Part shown: piece by piece, positions 1 to 14,222 of the stretch | Layout: every line of letters begins with the position of its first letter | Numbering within the stretch: position 1 is the stretch's first letter | Assembly: GCA_951406725.2 (NCBI GenBank) | Contig: OX597814.1 | Coordinates: 65,534,001-65,598,000, forward strand | Direction: 5' to 3' | Origin: Octopus vulgaris | Lineage: Eukaryota | DNA: 64,000 bases | The notes under the pieces: model-generated | Database searches by the model: none | Told to the model about the DNA's origin: nothing | What the model saw: only the letters and a program-made list of their open reading frames with translations | Program-made: the position numbers and the translations under genes

Positions 1-476
1 ATATCAATGGCTTACGTGCAGTGACATCCATCAACACTTTTCTGTCGATGGTGCTATATTTCATTATTTCATAATTTTCTCATGCTTTGCATTAAATCGC
101 AATGTTGAAACCACTCGCCAACTCGCAGTGATTCCGTCAAAAGAGACCTCGAAAAAAGAAAAAGAAAACTTTATTCATATGAAGAAAATTATATCATATT
201 ATTGCACCACATTCTTTAGTTAATTATTAGCAGTACACAAGTAAAACGCTGAAAATCGCTACAACTGTTGGCCTCACAAAAATCATGGGTCTCTCTTCAC
301 GAAAGTACGTCTTTAATATTATTAGGAATGAATTTCAATGTCTACTCCTTTCCTTCATCCCACAATAATCGTTAACAGAATATGATAAAGATTTACTGTT
401 TTATCAGCCAAGACAAATATTCCGTTAACTGCTGCAATTTTCTTGCAGTTAACTATTGCAATTTATCTTATTTATA

Positions 477-815
477 GGGGAGACCCGCTTCGGTCATGAT
501 TGACCAGGGGATTGCGCCTAGAAAATTACTCTCCGAGGTACAAGTCCGGGCAAGGTTGTTTATGGAAGGCCAGCAGTCGCCCATGCATACCAACCTCCCC
601 TCTCCACACCACTATTGTAATCCAAGCGAAAAGCAAAGGCCGATACAGCTAGGCACCAGTGATGTCGCAACTCATTTTAACAGCTGAGTTAACCGGAGCA
701 ACGTGAAATAAAGTGTCTTGCTCAAGAACACAACACGCCGCCCGGTCCGGGAATCGAACTCACAACCTCACGATCGGAAGCTCGACGCTGTAACCACTGA
801 GTCATGCGCGTTCAC
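477..815 (-). mobile_element. tRNA-derived CORE-type SINE (octopus OR-like)
   Basis: Minus strand has an A-box-like TGACTCAGTGG and B-box GTTCGATTCCC, then a CORE-like segment GTGTTCTTGAGCAAGACACTTT...TCAGCTGTTAAAATGAG. Head and core are shared with 4871-5114. Confidence 0.8.
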
Positions 816-2065
816 TAACTTATTTATTAGTAGTGTGATTTTGGATATAGTAAATTTTGTCCTTATACCCATCTTCAGTTATTGTGAAACCTACAGTGGG
901 GTAATACTCATTTACAAGGGATGCACATGCTAACATCCTTGAACGTAACCAGAAAATCCCATACGATTTATCGGCATAAGCTGTCTCATAGGAACCCACA
1001 CCAGCCTCTGCTCCTTAGACGTACTCTCTCCTCTTTCTAACTTTTGTAATGATTGCTATTCACAGGTGGCTGAAATCATGAAACCATCATTTAATCCTTT
1101 TCGACCCATTTGCCTCTCCTCCTCTCACTATGATTGTTGTGTCCTTCCTAGGGATTGCACCAATTAATACGCCTAATCCTTTGTTCTCAGAACGTCGGCC
1201 CGTTGCAGCACACTACTTTTTTCAGTATTCCTCGGATGTATTGACATAGGAAAGGAGTGTTCATAGTCTTTGAAATAATATGGGGAACTGTACCTAAGTA
1301 AAGATCTATCAAGTAATCTATCTATCTATCTATCTGTCTATCTATTTATCAATCTATTTATCTATCTAGCTAACTATCTATCTACACATACATGCACACA
1401 CATATACACACATGTATATATGACCGTGTGTGCGTGTATATATGTATGAGTATATGCGTGCGTGTATATATTTGAATGAATACAAGCATTAATATTCACG
1501 CATATAATGAATACGTACGAATGTATTTAGTAGAAAGCGCGCGTGAGTTCAGGGGCATGTGGACGTTATCAATTATATGTAACAAATGTAGAGATATACA
1601 GAGAGACATACGTAAAAACAAATAAAAGAAAACTACGGTCTATTCTCAGGCGAATATTAATACGCAAGTACACACAAACACTAGCCGGCACAACTTATTT
1701 TGCGATAAGTAACCTTTCCGTGACCCTGATATTAACACTACGTTGTTATCTATAAGTAACAACAGAAGTGTGTTGCATAAACCTCGAAGGGGTCAACGTT
1801 TTCTTGGCATCGTTCCTGATATCTTCAATCTGTACCAAACACCTAATTGTACTCTCTTTCTTCATTGGATTAGATAGCAGCTGGGTCAGTCAAATACAAC
1901 CTCGTAAATAAGCCCACACATTCGTGAATAGTTGACGGACAAGATAATTTACAATTGAAATAGTAAGATTTTATAAGCGATGGCGCGTCTCTTTTTATGT
2001 AGGTATGTGTGTATGTATGTATGTATGAATTATGTGTTTTATTTGTGTATGTATATGCACGTATA

Positions 2066-2099
<34 letters not shown>

Positions 2100-2212
2100 C
2101 ATATATACATAGATAGATAGATATAGATATATATATATATATATGCACATACACATGTATATATATACATATATCCACGTACATAAAATCATATGCAATG
2201 TACATACACATG

Positions 2213-2282
<70 letters not shown>

Positions 2283-2602
2283 TGTGTATGCGTATGTTTG
2301 TATGTCTGTGTGAGTGTGTGTGCACATTTTATGAGTTCGTAAATGGATCAGGTTTGTTTTCGAATATGTGTACACAGTTGTTCGCTCAATTAAATAACCT
2401 ACAAATTATATAATTCTTAGACTCTTCATTTCATAGACCCTCTGTTGCGGTCTATAATATCAGATATTTTGTTGAATTTAATCGTCTTGCTACACACCCA
2501 CTAAAATTTCAGGACTTGTTCCAAAATATGAAGCCAATACATTGGCGTGTGTGTGTATTTGTGTATTCTATAGACACATTTAATGTTAACTTAAACCTCG
2601 GA

Positions 2603-2914
2603 GAGGTCTAGGAAGTGCAAGATGGCTGCCAGAAGATGGGCTTCTATTAGTCAAAGCATTTATATGAGTGGATTAACGAAAGGAAAGGGCACTAAGCATA
2701 GCACAGCAACAATAGCCTGTCCATTGGAAACTGTTACAATTGCTTTGGATTCTGTTGAGCTCCATTCACGAGCGTTTGGCTAAGAGTTTGCAGTGGAGAC
2801 AGAAACACTACTGTACTCGCTCAAAATCATCCAAATACCACCATGGGCACCATGTGACCCTCGTTGACCAACAGCAGCCCATCTTCTGGCAGCCATCTTC
2901 GACTTCCTTGCCTC
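2603..2914. mobile_element. MITE-like element with ~45-50 bp terminal inverted repeats
   Basis: 2611-2654 (ggaagtgcaagatggctgccagaagatgggcttctattagtcaa) is the reverse complement of 2864-2907 with about 5 mismatches. TTAA follows the right end. Confidence 0.55.
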
Positions 2915-3114
2915 TTAATTTGGCTCTTTCAGAGCCTAAAGGAGACGGACTTCGTTAGGGGCCTGCGAAACTTGAAGTAGTACGGAAACTGAACTGTTTT
3001 AAATAATACATATAACTTCTAAATGTGTTCAGTGCCTTTTGAGTTTGTTTGTCCACTACACACCCACACCCACACACACAAACACGCACACACACACGTA
3101 TGTAGATATATGTT

Positions 3115-3291
3115 TGATAGATCGCTAGCCACTAAACATCTTTTTATTTTCTCTCCTTGTTTATTTCAGTGCTCCTTTCTGTCGAAGAGCGTAGGCTCGA
3201 AATGTAAAAGACTTTCTCACTTCCCGAGTGTTAAACTAATACATGTTTGTTGTTTACACACCCGTCTTTTGTTTTATTTGTAAATTCTCAC

Positions 3292-3293
<2 letters not shown>
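3115..3293 (+). mobile_element. Orphan 3' end of a Penelope-like element with a degenerate hammerhead motif
   Basis: Homologous to 57140-57336, which lies downstream of a GIY-YIG remnant. Contains cttt-ctgtcgaa-gagcgtaggctc-gaaatgta-aaag (3175-3210) and ends in (TA)n. Confidence 0.6.
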
Positions 3294-3365
<72 letters not shown>

Positions 3366-4239
3366 CGCGCGTGTGTGTGTATGTATGTATGCTTGTATGT
3401 ATGTATGTATAATATATACATTAAACATTAAGCAAGAAAAATTATTTTACCACGAACAAGACTATAGTTGCCCAATGTATGTCGAAGAGCATCATTATTT
3501 ATTGTACAAAGTTTGTGGTCCATGTGAATGCTTATATATAGTTGCTATATAAATTGATGCATGTATACACATTCGTTATTCTAATATACGTCTACTCAGC
3601 TGAAATCTTCCACATACTGATCATATGCCGACAGGTGCTTCTGATAAGACCCACTGGAGCACGTATTTAAACGCGTATCAGCCAAATGATATTCACGGGT
3701 ATAAATGGTAGGTAGGTAGGTAGGTTGGAAGAAAGGGATGAATGGACGAACGGACGGATGGATGGATGGATGGATGAAATCATCCTTGTGTCATTCATGT
3801 AGACCATTGCTGGTTTTGGATGTGTTTCGTTATTATATGGCATTTCTCAGCCGCGCATATTTAATTTTGTGTTGCCGCATTTATGTTGGGTATGCTGTGT
3901 TATATATTTCAATCATTCGGCACAAAACCTATCTACTTATCTTTCATTGACATGCATAATCGGATAAATCTGTGCCATTGATGAACCATCTTTAAAACCT
4001 ATTATCACTCGTATTGTTTATGAAGCTTTCTATTTCATATTCTGTGATGAGCCTTCTTTTTCTTTTTATTAATCCTGATCCTTCTTACTGGTTATGAATT
4101 TTTTAAAACCATCCAGATACAATCAGTTCTACATAATCTGTCCTTAACCTCAAATTGCGTATTCCTTTAGTTTAATGTACTCTAATAATAATGATACTCA
4201 TACACTTACAATAATGGTAATCTTTCATATTTTTCTCGT

Positions 4240-4405
4240 TTCATTAGACTACGGCAATGCTAGGCACCGCCTTTAAGGGTTTAGTCAAACAAATCAACCG
4301 CAGTACTTATTTATTAAGCCTGATGCTTATTGTATTAGTTTCTTTTGCCGAACTCTTAATTTATGGGGATACAAACAAACTCCAGTTGGTGTCAGTGACA
4401 AGCAC
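4240..4405 (-). mobile_element. SINE 3' segment (octopus OK-like), degenerate
   Basis: Reverse-complement similarity to 5225-5465 (ttttgccgaac, agtacttat, gcaccgcctttaa). Confidence 0.55.
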
Positions 4406-4870
4406 AAACGCGCGCGCGTACACACACATCCACACACACATACATAAATACACACACACACACACAAACACACACATATGTACGTTTGACTTAATTTTCC
4501 ATCTATCAAATCTCTTTTACAAATGTTTGATTCGCCCCGGTTATAGGAGACACTTAACCAAAATTTCAGGCATTGAGAGTAAAACTGAACTTCATACCAT
4601 ACAGCCACTCTAGTCAGTATATTTTTTGCAACTTCACCAAATAGTGATATTTTCATCTCAAATCATTTACATTTGACTTATCTTATGGAACATATATTAC
4701 ATACGTGTTTTCCATGTCAGGCTTGAAGCTGATAGACATAATAGGGGTATAGTCATATCAACATAAAAACTAATTTCCTTGATGATGATATGCGGAGCTT
4801 TATGCATTAATATTTGCATGATACATATGAAACTTAAGCTTAATTGTCAACATAGATAAAATAATTACAT

Positions 4871-5114
4871 GCGCCCTTTTAAAGCCTAGCCAGCCTCATG
4901 GGTCCGGTTTCACGGTTTCTATAGCGTATGTGTTCCCCAGCTGGACGGGACGCCGGTCCATCGCAACGTTACTCATTTTTGCCAGCTCAGTGGACTGGAG
5001 CAACGTGAAATGAAGTGTTTTGCGCAACACAACGCGTCGTCCGCTCCAGGAATCGATACCACAATCTTACGATCATGGTGCTGACACCCTAACCACTAAG
5101 CCACACGCCTCCAC
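4871..5114 (-). mobile_element. tRNA-derived CORE-type SINE
   Basis: Minus strand GTGGAGGCGTGTGGCTTAGTGGTTAGGG... head and degenerate B box. Core shared with 477-815; 3' tail GGACCGGCGTCCCGTC...GAAACC shared with 9620-9915. Confidence 0.8.
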
Positions 5115-5224
5115 TAACTGTCAACATAACAATGTTTAACTTATCATGTTATTAGCATGGTTCAGATTTATTACATGGCCACGACACCTCTTAATCGTTG
5201 TATATACATGCGTTTATATATGTG

Positions 5225-5465
5225 CGTGTGTGTGTGTATTTATGTATGTGTGTCTTTGTCTCTCTGTCCCCCAACCATCGCTTGACAACCGATATTGTTG
5301 GGTTTACGTCTCCGTAACATAGCGGTTCGGCAAAAGAAAACGATAGAATAAGTACTAAGCTTACAAAGAATAAATCCTGGGATCGATTTCTTCGACTCAA
5401 AAACACTTTAAAGCGGTACTCCAGCATGATTGGAGTCAAATGACTGACTCAATAAAAGAACAAAA
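5225..5465 (+). mobile_element. SINE 3' segment (octopus OK-like)
   Basis: ccatcgcttgacaaccg...gcggttcggcaaaaga...gatagaataagtact...gcggtactccagcatg. Further copies at 4240-4405, 46630-46810 and 51030-51125. Confidence 0.7.
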
Positions 5466-5474
5466 GAATGTATG

Positions 5475-6280
<806 letters not shown>

Positions 6281-6289
6281 ATATATATG

Positions 6290-7149
6290 CGGGTTATTTT
6301 ATACTTCTTTTGCTTTTCAAAATTAAGATAAAGTTCTTTTTTAATTCTAAAATATACTCTCCTTCATTTTCTACAATGCGCTTCCATCTATCTGGAAGAC
6401 GTGTAAGGCCCCTCTTCTAAATTTCAGTTGACTGTGACGAAAAATACTCCTCCATCACTGTTCAGACCTCGTCTACAGAATTCATATTTTTCCGTTCAAA
6501 TGATTTTGAAGACTCCGCAATAAATGATAATCAGATGGAGCAATTTTCTGCGAATACGGTGGCTGGGGCATTGTTTCCCACTGAAACCGCCCTATCATTA
6601 TCCTGATGGAAGAATACCTTTCGTCATGAAACCAAAGATGGTCGTTTTCTTCTAGCGCAGGCGTTGATGAATGGTTGAATGACCAAATCCAAGCTTCTCT
6701 GCTGGTTCATCAACAGTTACGACGGGATTTTGTTCCACCAGGATTTGCAGGACGTCCTCGTCGAGCTCTACATATCTTGCAGGACGAAGCTCGTCTTCAA
6801 GGCATTAGTTTCCGGCTCGGAATTTCTGGAACCACCGATGGTACTGGCTTACGCTTATTGTCCGATCCCCATACACTGTAATAATATTACTTGCACTTTC
6901 CGTTGCGTTGTTGCCTTTATTGAACTCATAAAACAAAAGATGCTGAATAAGCTCCTCTGCCAATTCCATTATAGCTTTGAAAAAAGAATTGTTAAAATCG
7001 AACTGCACCCTTCAAAACTTGCACTAAGAATAAGTATAAGGTAAAATTTCTACCTGCTTTTATAGCAAGTTGATGCAGTTAGTTTATTCCGGACCTTTCC
7101 GACATTTAGTTCATGAGATTGGAAAAACGTATTCTTTATGGGATCACCA
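6290..7149 (-). mobile_element. Mariner (DD34D) transposon fossil, internally deleted
   Basis: N-terminal HTH LIQHLLFYEFNKGNNATESASNIITVYGDRTISVSQYHRWFQKFRAGN (ORF 6805-7008). C-terminal WETMPQPPYSQKIAPSDYHLLRSL near 6508-6580 matches HPPYSPDLAPSDY. Disrupted. Confidence 0.85.
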
Positions 7150-7194
7150 ACACACGCACACATATATGTATATATATATATGCATGTATACATA

Positions 7195-7352
7195 GGTGTA
7201 GGAGTGAGTGTGTGGTAATTAGCTTGCTTACCAACCACATGGCTCCAACTTCAGACCCACTGCGTGGCACCTTGAGCAAGTATATTCTACTATAGCCTTG
7301 GGTTGGCCAAAGCCTTGTGAGTGGAATTGTGAGACGGAACTTAAAAGATGTA
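7195..7352 (+). mobile_element. SINE 5' part (octopus OK-like)
   Basis: tRNA-like head, then cactgcgtggcaccttgagcaag (CORE-like) and aaagccttgtgagtgga. A more degenerate copy lies at ~34815-34975. Confidence 0.65.
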
Positions 7353-7361
7353 TTATGTGTT

Positions 7362-7406
<45 letters not shown>

Positions 7407-7695
7407 TAAAAGGCGAAATATAATTAATTTAATAAAATCAACAAATTTCACCAAGTAGTTTTTCGGTATGAAAAAGGACCATATTCGGTAAAATTATATA
7501 TGATTATAACAATGAGGGTCTTTGCAACAGGTTGCTAGACCACATACCGAAAGTATTAGAAATAGTAGCCAGGCGACTGTTATTTCTTTTACTACAAAAA
7601 TATGTCCCACAAACAACAGTATTTGTAACTCACTATGGCAAAAAAAACGAAGAAAACAACGAATTCAAACAAATCAAACAAATCAAACATATATA

Positions 7696-7958
7696 TATAT
7701 TAGAAGAAATGAGGTACTCAGAAATTCGGATGGTTTTATATTTACAGATATTTATTTGGATATTACATGTTTTTATACATCATATAACTTAGATCATATA
7801 TTAGCGCTTTCTCCTATTCTAGTGGGGTTTTCAAATCGAACTGTTTGAATGGGAGAAAGCGCTAATATATGATCTAAGTTATATGATGTATAAAAACATG
7901 TAATATCTGTAAATATAAAACCGTCCGAATTTCTGAGTACCTCATTTCTTCTAATATA
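7696..7958. repeat. Fold-back inverted repeat (~115-bp arms, 27-bp spacer) between (TA)n tracts
   Basis: 7696-7819 is the reverse complement of 7847-7958 apart from a 12-bp indel and a few substitutions. ORFs 7522+ and 7794- share the same peptide. Confidence 0.9.
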
Positions 7959-8332
7959 AAATACCTGTACATCTCCAAACCTTCCAATATATATATATAT
8001 ATATATATATGCACATACATACATATGTATACACACACACAAAAGCAAACAGACACACCGGTACATACATACTTACACATTACTAACCTAGATTGGATTT
8101 AAATTACAATTGCACACTGTCCGTGTCAGCAAAATTTTAATTTCAGTTGAATAGCCTTCAATGACATATTCGTGTCCTTTGTGTGTTGAATAACACCTGC
8201 TCCAACTGAAGGCACGATCTTTTAATTTGCAATAAGTTAAGCGCTGCTTTACGGAATTCCACATTACGGCATTCCTTTACAAAGGCATACGTAAATGTCG
8301 CATGCATAAAAGTATGGTTATATGTGCATGTC

Positions 8333-8386
<54 letters not shown>

Positions 8387-8496
8387 GAGTGTGTGTGTGT
8401 GCGTGTATGTGGGTATATATATACATGCACACATATATATGCATATATGCATATATATATATATGTGGGGGCGAGTATGTATATATATATATATAC

Positions 8497-8543
8497 ACAC
8501 ACAGACTCGGGTTTCTGAGTAGTAACTCGTCATCAGTGTGTGT
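8497..8543 (-). ncRNA. Minimal type I hammerhead ribozyme motif
   Basis: Minus strand reads ACACACA-CUGAUGA-c-GAGU-uacu-ACUC-a-GAAA-cccgag-UC-UGUGUGU. It has the full core, a 4-bp stem II, a GUC cleavage triplet and a 7-bp stem I. Confidence 0.65.
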
Positions 8544-8695
8544 TAATCACTAGCTACCGACGAGAACTCATTCCAAACGCAAAATATATGTGAGTGACAA
8601 ACTCTCGCTGATCTATTAAAAAGAGAAACAAGCAAAATTAAATCTCTGAGCGAGAAGTAAACAGTAGACAGATATAAAGACAGACAGACAGACAT

Positions 8696-8771
<76 letters not shown>

Positions 8772-9168
8772 ATTAGGAGATATTACACGCGTAAACTATA
8801 TGAAAGCAAGAGAAAATCATTTGAAGACTTTAACGTGACATGAGGGATGAAAATATTTCCGTTTTTAGTTAAGTTATGCAAGAAGAAAAGGAACGTATAC
8901 TGGATTGTAATATATTAATGTTTCATGGTAGCAGTTTTGAAAGTTCACATGATTCTCTTACAAAATTCACTTGGTAGTAGCTGCTGAATCATAAAATATG
9001 TAAGAACTATCATGAAACATCAATTTAAGGTATTTCGCTATATATTCCCTTCTCTTATTGTATGACGTAACTGGCTTAAACTTTTGAAACCGGTAACATA
9101 TTTCGATGAAAATACAATTATTTTCTTCCTTTTATCTGTGATGACGTTCTTAAATATATCCTCCATAC

Positions 9169-9217
<49 letters not shown>

Positions 9218-9619
9218 AGGAGAGGGAGAGATAGATAGATAGATTGATAGGCAGAAAGACAGTCAAATAAACAGACACACACATATGTATACAGAATGAA
9301 ATATTTATCTAATCCAATGGAATATTCAAGCATTGATCTAATATTTAGCAATACGTATTTACTGTTCGTGTATCGGGTTAGTATAAAGTGGTATTGTTAT
9401 GATCACGTGAGTACATTAATGAGGGCTTTTTGAGTAGATTTGTCGCTGTCTCTGAAGGAGATGGATATAATTTGTAAAGTTCTATAAATAAAATTACAAT
9501 AAAATAAAGGAAATTCTTTATTAATTAGTCATAGGAGCACTATCAACAAAATCGAGTAACCAATATGCATATTTTTGTGATATATTGCGCATAGAAGCAT
9601 TGCAAAAAGTAACTGATAG

Positions 9620-9915
9620 AAGCACATGGCGTAGTGTTTGGACCAGCGGACTCACAGTCGAGGGATTGCGGGTTCGAATCTCAGACAGGGTAATGTGTGT
9701 CTTTATAAGCGAAACACTTAAGCTCCACGCGGCTACGGCAGAAGGTAATGGCAAACTTCTGCTGAATCTTTCGCTACATCTTTCTCTCTCTCTTTCCTCC
9801 TGGATCTAGCAGCTCATCTGCAACGGACCGGCGTCCCGTCTATGTGGCGAAACCGGGAAACTGACGCTTATGAGCCAGGTATGGTTCGAGAAGGAACAAA
9901 CAACAACAACAACAA
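9620..9915 (+). mobile_element. tRNA-derived SINE with (CAA)n tail
   Basis: A-box-like TGGCGTAGTG, B box GGTTCGAATC, body shared with 63450-63721, tail shared with 4871-5114, ends in caacaacaacaac. Confidence 0.8.
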
Positions 9916-10189
9916 ATTGTTAAAGTAGAGAAATAAATGACTAAACGTCAAAGGTAGATATTATATTTTTATTTTATTCCTTTACATCATTGGTTATTCT
10001 ATAAATACTCTGTTCAAATATTTTCTTTCTTTCTGATTCAAGATCTCCCAATTCCGAGATCATTCTGACACTCTTCGACCACAGTAGATGTATAACAATA
10101 ATAATGTTCATATAACTGATCACATATACATACATTCATACATATATGCATACACATATACATACATATAAATATAAGTATATATACAC

Positions 10190-10227
<38 letters not shown>

Positions 10228-10592
10228 GTATATATGTATATATGTATATATGTAATTATGTATAAATATATATGTGCGTGTGTGTGTATGTACATACAGC
10301 AGTATACATGTATATATATGTATCTCTCTCTCTCTTCCTCTCTCTCTCTCTCTCTCTCTCTCTGTATATATATGAATACACATTCATACATGCATATATC
10401 TAAATATATGCTCCCAATACACATAAATTTCATAAAGAGTTGTAAAGTACGCAATATTTGGTACATAAAATGTTCTAACAAAATAACTTTCCTTGCTTTC
10501 GCATTTTGGTTAAAGTATATTCTTGAAGCATTGGTCCAATCGAAATAAGCATGCGTATAACCTACATACATCGGCAGTGTTGATGAATCATA

Positions 10593-10664
<72 letters not shown>

Positions 10665-10735
10665 TATATATTTATATACATATATATACATATTTATACA
10701 TAAATACATACCTACATACATATACATATAAATAA

Positions 10736-10860
10736 CACGTCATCACCATCACGTGACCGACCAGTCCATCAGATGTAGTTACACATCGCTGGTCACAATG
10801 CGTTCGCATTGATTTAGCCTTCGAATGACGCCACCCCGCTGGCTAAGCGAGTAGGCCAAC
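10736..10860 (-). mobile_element. SINE 3' fragment
   Basis: Matches 63450-63562 (cacgtgacc...ccatcagatg...tacacatcgctggt...tagccttcgaatga). Confidence 0.7.
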
Positions 10861-10891
<31 letters not shown>

Positions 10892-11310
10892 ATACTAATT
10901 TCATGCGGGTATTAGCCTTGGAGTTCACCCTATTAAGCTTATGCATGTGGGACGACCGTAATTTGAAGGTCGTTTGTTTTATTAACAAATATCCGAAAAT
11001 CAACAAATATAAATAGGGATTTTATAATTAGATACAAGAAGAATGGAGAAACCAACATTTTTAATATATTAAATTACAATTCTTTCCTCTGAATTCAATC
11101 GCATCGATCTTGCGATATTATGCAATAATGCCAGTAGAGTGTACTGGCTACATATATTATTACATATGTGAATATATGAGATCGAATTTAGATGAATCAA
11201 TTATAAATTATTGCATTAAAGAGAATGCTCGTAGTATACGCTTTGTTTGTAATTATATATACGTACATACATATCGTACATACATACATGTGTATATGTG
11301 TATATACGTA

Positions 11311-12498
11311 CACAGACATGACAGAAGTAAATAGATGCCCCATAAAACATCGTTTTATGCATATTTTAACTTGAAAATGTTTATATTTTTTATTGATTGA
11401 AATATTTTTGGTTCAAGTTCTAAATTTGACGGTTTAATCATGCCACATACAAAACAAGGCTTGGAACTGTTTGGATTTCAAAGAGGCTGTATTGTGAGTC
11501 CATCTCAAGGTGGACCTAGTTTCCACTTTCTACCGTTAATAGAGTGAGAGTGTAATTCAACAAGGATGGAAAGGTGTCCACATTACCTCACCCAGCACGC
11601 CCAGGGCCTTCTGACAGTACCCTTCACATTGTTGAGAGAAGTGTGGAGATAATTCTTATTGTAAGTCCTCTGACATAGCAGAACAAGTTGATCCCAGTCC
11701 CAGAACGCCTGTCAAGTATCACCACAAACTGGGCAACTATGGCAGAGCAGCAGGGAGGAAGACACTTCTTCAACCAGCTAATATGAAGAGGAGAAAAGAT
11801 TGGGCCAGTGAGATGGTGGAGAGGCCACTAGCATTGGGACTGTCATATTCTCTGATGAGTCCAAATTTGCTGTATTTACTGAGTGTTCGAGTGTGGGTCT
11901 GGAGACTGTGATCATGAATTTGACAATGAAACATGGCAGCTATTCTGTGACGGTCTGGGGTGCAATTTAGAGCAATGGTTGATCAGAGCTGGTGGAATGT
12001 GAGGGAAACATAAACGCAAATAAATATGTGTCCATATTAGAAAAGATTCTTTCTAATTTTCTCCAGTGATGGAAACATTAAAGTATACTCTTTATTTATG
12101 GAAGTTGGGACTCCTTGTCACACGGCTAAAAGACCCAAGGTTGGTTGGAATAGAATGGCATGAAAAAGCTTCCATGGCCAAGCCTGTCACCAGATATGAA
12201 CCCTATTCAACACCTCTTGGTCACAAGGAACAGAACACCTCATAAAAAAAACATACACAAGGCCAGATCTTTTGAGATTACTGCATGAAACTTGGCAGCA
12301 AATTCCTCAGGAGAATATTAGTCATCGGAGCAGTAATATGCCTAATAGGATCCTTGCATTGAAAAATGTAAAGGGTATGTCTACTGAATATTAGATATTC
12401 ATATTATAATAATTGATAAACAATTTGAATGTATAATTTCAGATTTTAATTAATTTTAACGAGTATAAGGGTGTCTATTCACTTCTGACATGTTTGTG
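11311..12498 (+). mobile_element. Tc1-like (DD34E) transposon fossil
   Basis: 30-bp TIRs 11311-11340 and 12469-12498 (25/30 match) with a 5' TA. Motifs VIFSDESKF, SVTVWGAI and LPWPSLSPDMNPIQHL (catalytic E replaced by Q). Multiple frameshifts. Confidence 0.9.
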
Positions 12499-12596
12499 CG
12501 TCGTTTATATACTTCTTAAAGGGATGACGACATCCAAATTCCCCAGTTTTATCTAGTATATCAGTGAAATACTAGATGTTAGCCTCACATTGATGG

Positions 12597-12672
<76 letters not shown>

Positions 12673-12753
12673 GGAGAGAGAGAGAGAGAGAGAGAGAGAT
12701 ACATACATACATATACATATACATACACACACACACATATATATAAATCTATA

Positions 12754-13990
12754 TCAGGTTATTAAGAATGGTATGCACCAAGTTTGACAGTCGTTAACTC
12801 TGATGTTTTATCTTTACCATTCTTTGTTTGCAACATTGAAGAGTTACATCACTTTTTGAAATGCAATTCTTAGTGTCTGATTATATTGTGAATTTTCTCT
12901 TGTAAATCTTGTCAATTTTTGTGAACCATGCATAGATAAAAAAAATCGTTTTGTTTATAAATATGAGTTCCTTCGGGGAACCAATGCACCCCGGACAGCT
13001 CGAAACATCAATGAGGCATTTAGTGAAGATGTGGCGAATTAGCACACTGTACATCGATGTTTTAAGAAGTTCTGGTCTGGCGACTTTACTTTTGAAAATC
13101 ATCCCCTTACTTCTGGGGACAAAGGGGAAAATGATGAGCTGGAAAATTTAGTAGAATCAGATAAATTTCAAACTATGCGTGAGCTTGCAACAAGGTGTTT
13201 CGATTCCAATATTATCAGACGATATGAAACAAATCGGCACGGTAAAAATGCTTGAAAAATGGGTACCACACGAACTGAACGAGCATCAAATGACATGTCA
13301 TCTTGAAACTTGCTGTTTTTTGCTGTCACAGTATAAAAGTGAACCATTTTTGTGTCGTATTGTTACGTGTGATGAAAAATGGATTATTTTTAGAAATAGC
13401 AAGCGTTTTGCACGATGGTTGGGTTGAAACGAAGTACCAAAGCACAATCCAAAAAAATTATTCACCAAAAGAAACGCTAATGGCATCTGTTTGGTGGTCC
13501 AGCGCAGGTGTCATCCACTACAGCTTCATGAGACCTGGTATCTCAATTCCAGTGGATGTATGCATCACCCAGCTGGATGAGATGATGAGTAATCTTGCAA
13601 TTAAACAACCGAGATCGGTCAATAGACACCGGCCAATTCTCGACGACATGTTGCACAAAGAACGCTACTCAAGTTACAGGAACTGAACTTGAAAGTACTC
13701 TGCCATTCACCATATTCATCAGACACTGCACCAATTGGCTATCATGTTTTCCAGGTATTATAGAACTCTTTGCAAGGAAAACACTTCAAATTTGAAGAAG
13801 ATGCAAAAACAGCCTTTCGTGATTTCATCACCTGAATTCTTCACTGCTTACATAAATATGCTACCGGTAAAATGGCAAAATTGTGTTGATAATTTAGGTG
13901 CATACTTTGATTAACTGCATTGCTTTTTGTTGAGATAAATTAAAATAAATTTTCAATTAAAAATCGGACATTTCGTTCTTAATGACTTGA
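12754..13990 (+). mobile_element. Near full-length mariner transposon fossil (~1.24 kb)
   Basis: TIRs tcaggttattaagaa / ttcttaatgacttga flanked by TA. Motifs KWVPHEL, IVTCDEKWI, MASVWWS and a degenerate HSPYSSDTAPIGYH. Frameshifts and stops. Confidence 0.9.
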
Positions 13991-14100
13991 TATATATATA
14001 TATATATACATATTCATCGCTAACTCTACTTACCTATATATATGTATGTATAATTATGCATACATGCATGCATACATACATACACACATACATACATACA

Positions 14101-14132
<32 letters not shown>

Positions 14133-14154
14133 CATCCATCCATCCATCCATGCA

Positions 14155-14222
<68 letters not shown>

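Noticed and set aside
2930-2995. GAAACTTGAAGTA resembling a hammerhead stem III
   Set aside because: No upstream CUGANGA core or convincing stem I.
9620-9695. tRNA genes (here and at ~740-815, ~5040-5114, ~63650-63721)
   Set aside because: A/B boxes are present, but I could not build a complete cloverleaf, and each continues into a SINE body and tail.
12754-13990. SETMAR-like domesticated gene
   Set aside because: No SET domain, multiple frameshifts and stops, third catalytic Asp mutated, and TIRs present. It is an ordinary mariner fossil.
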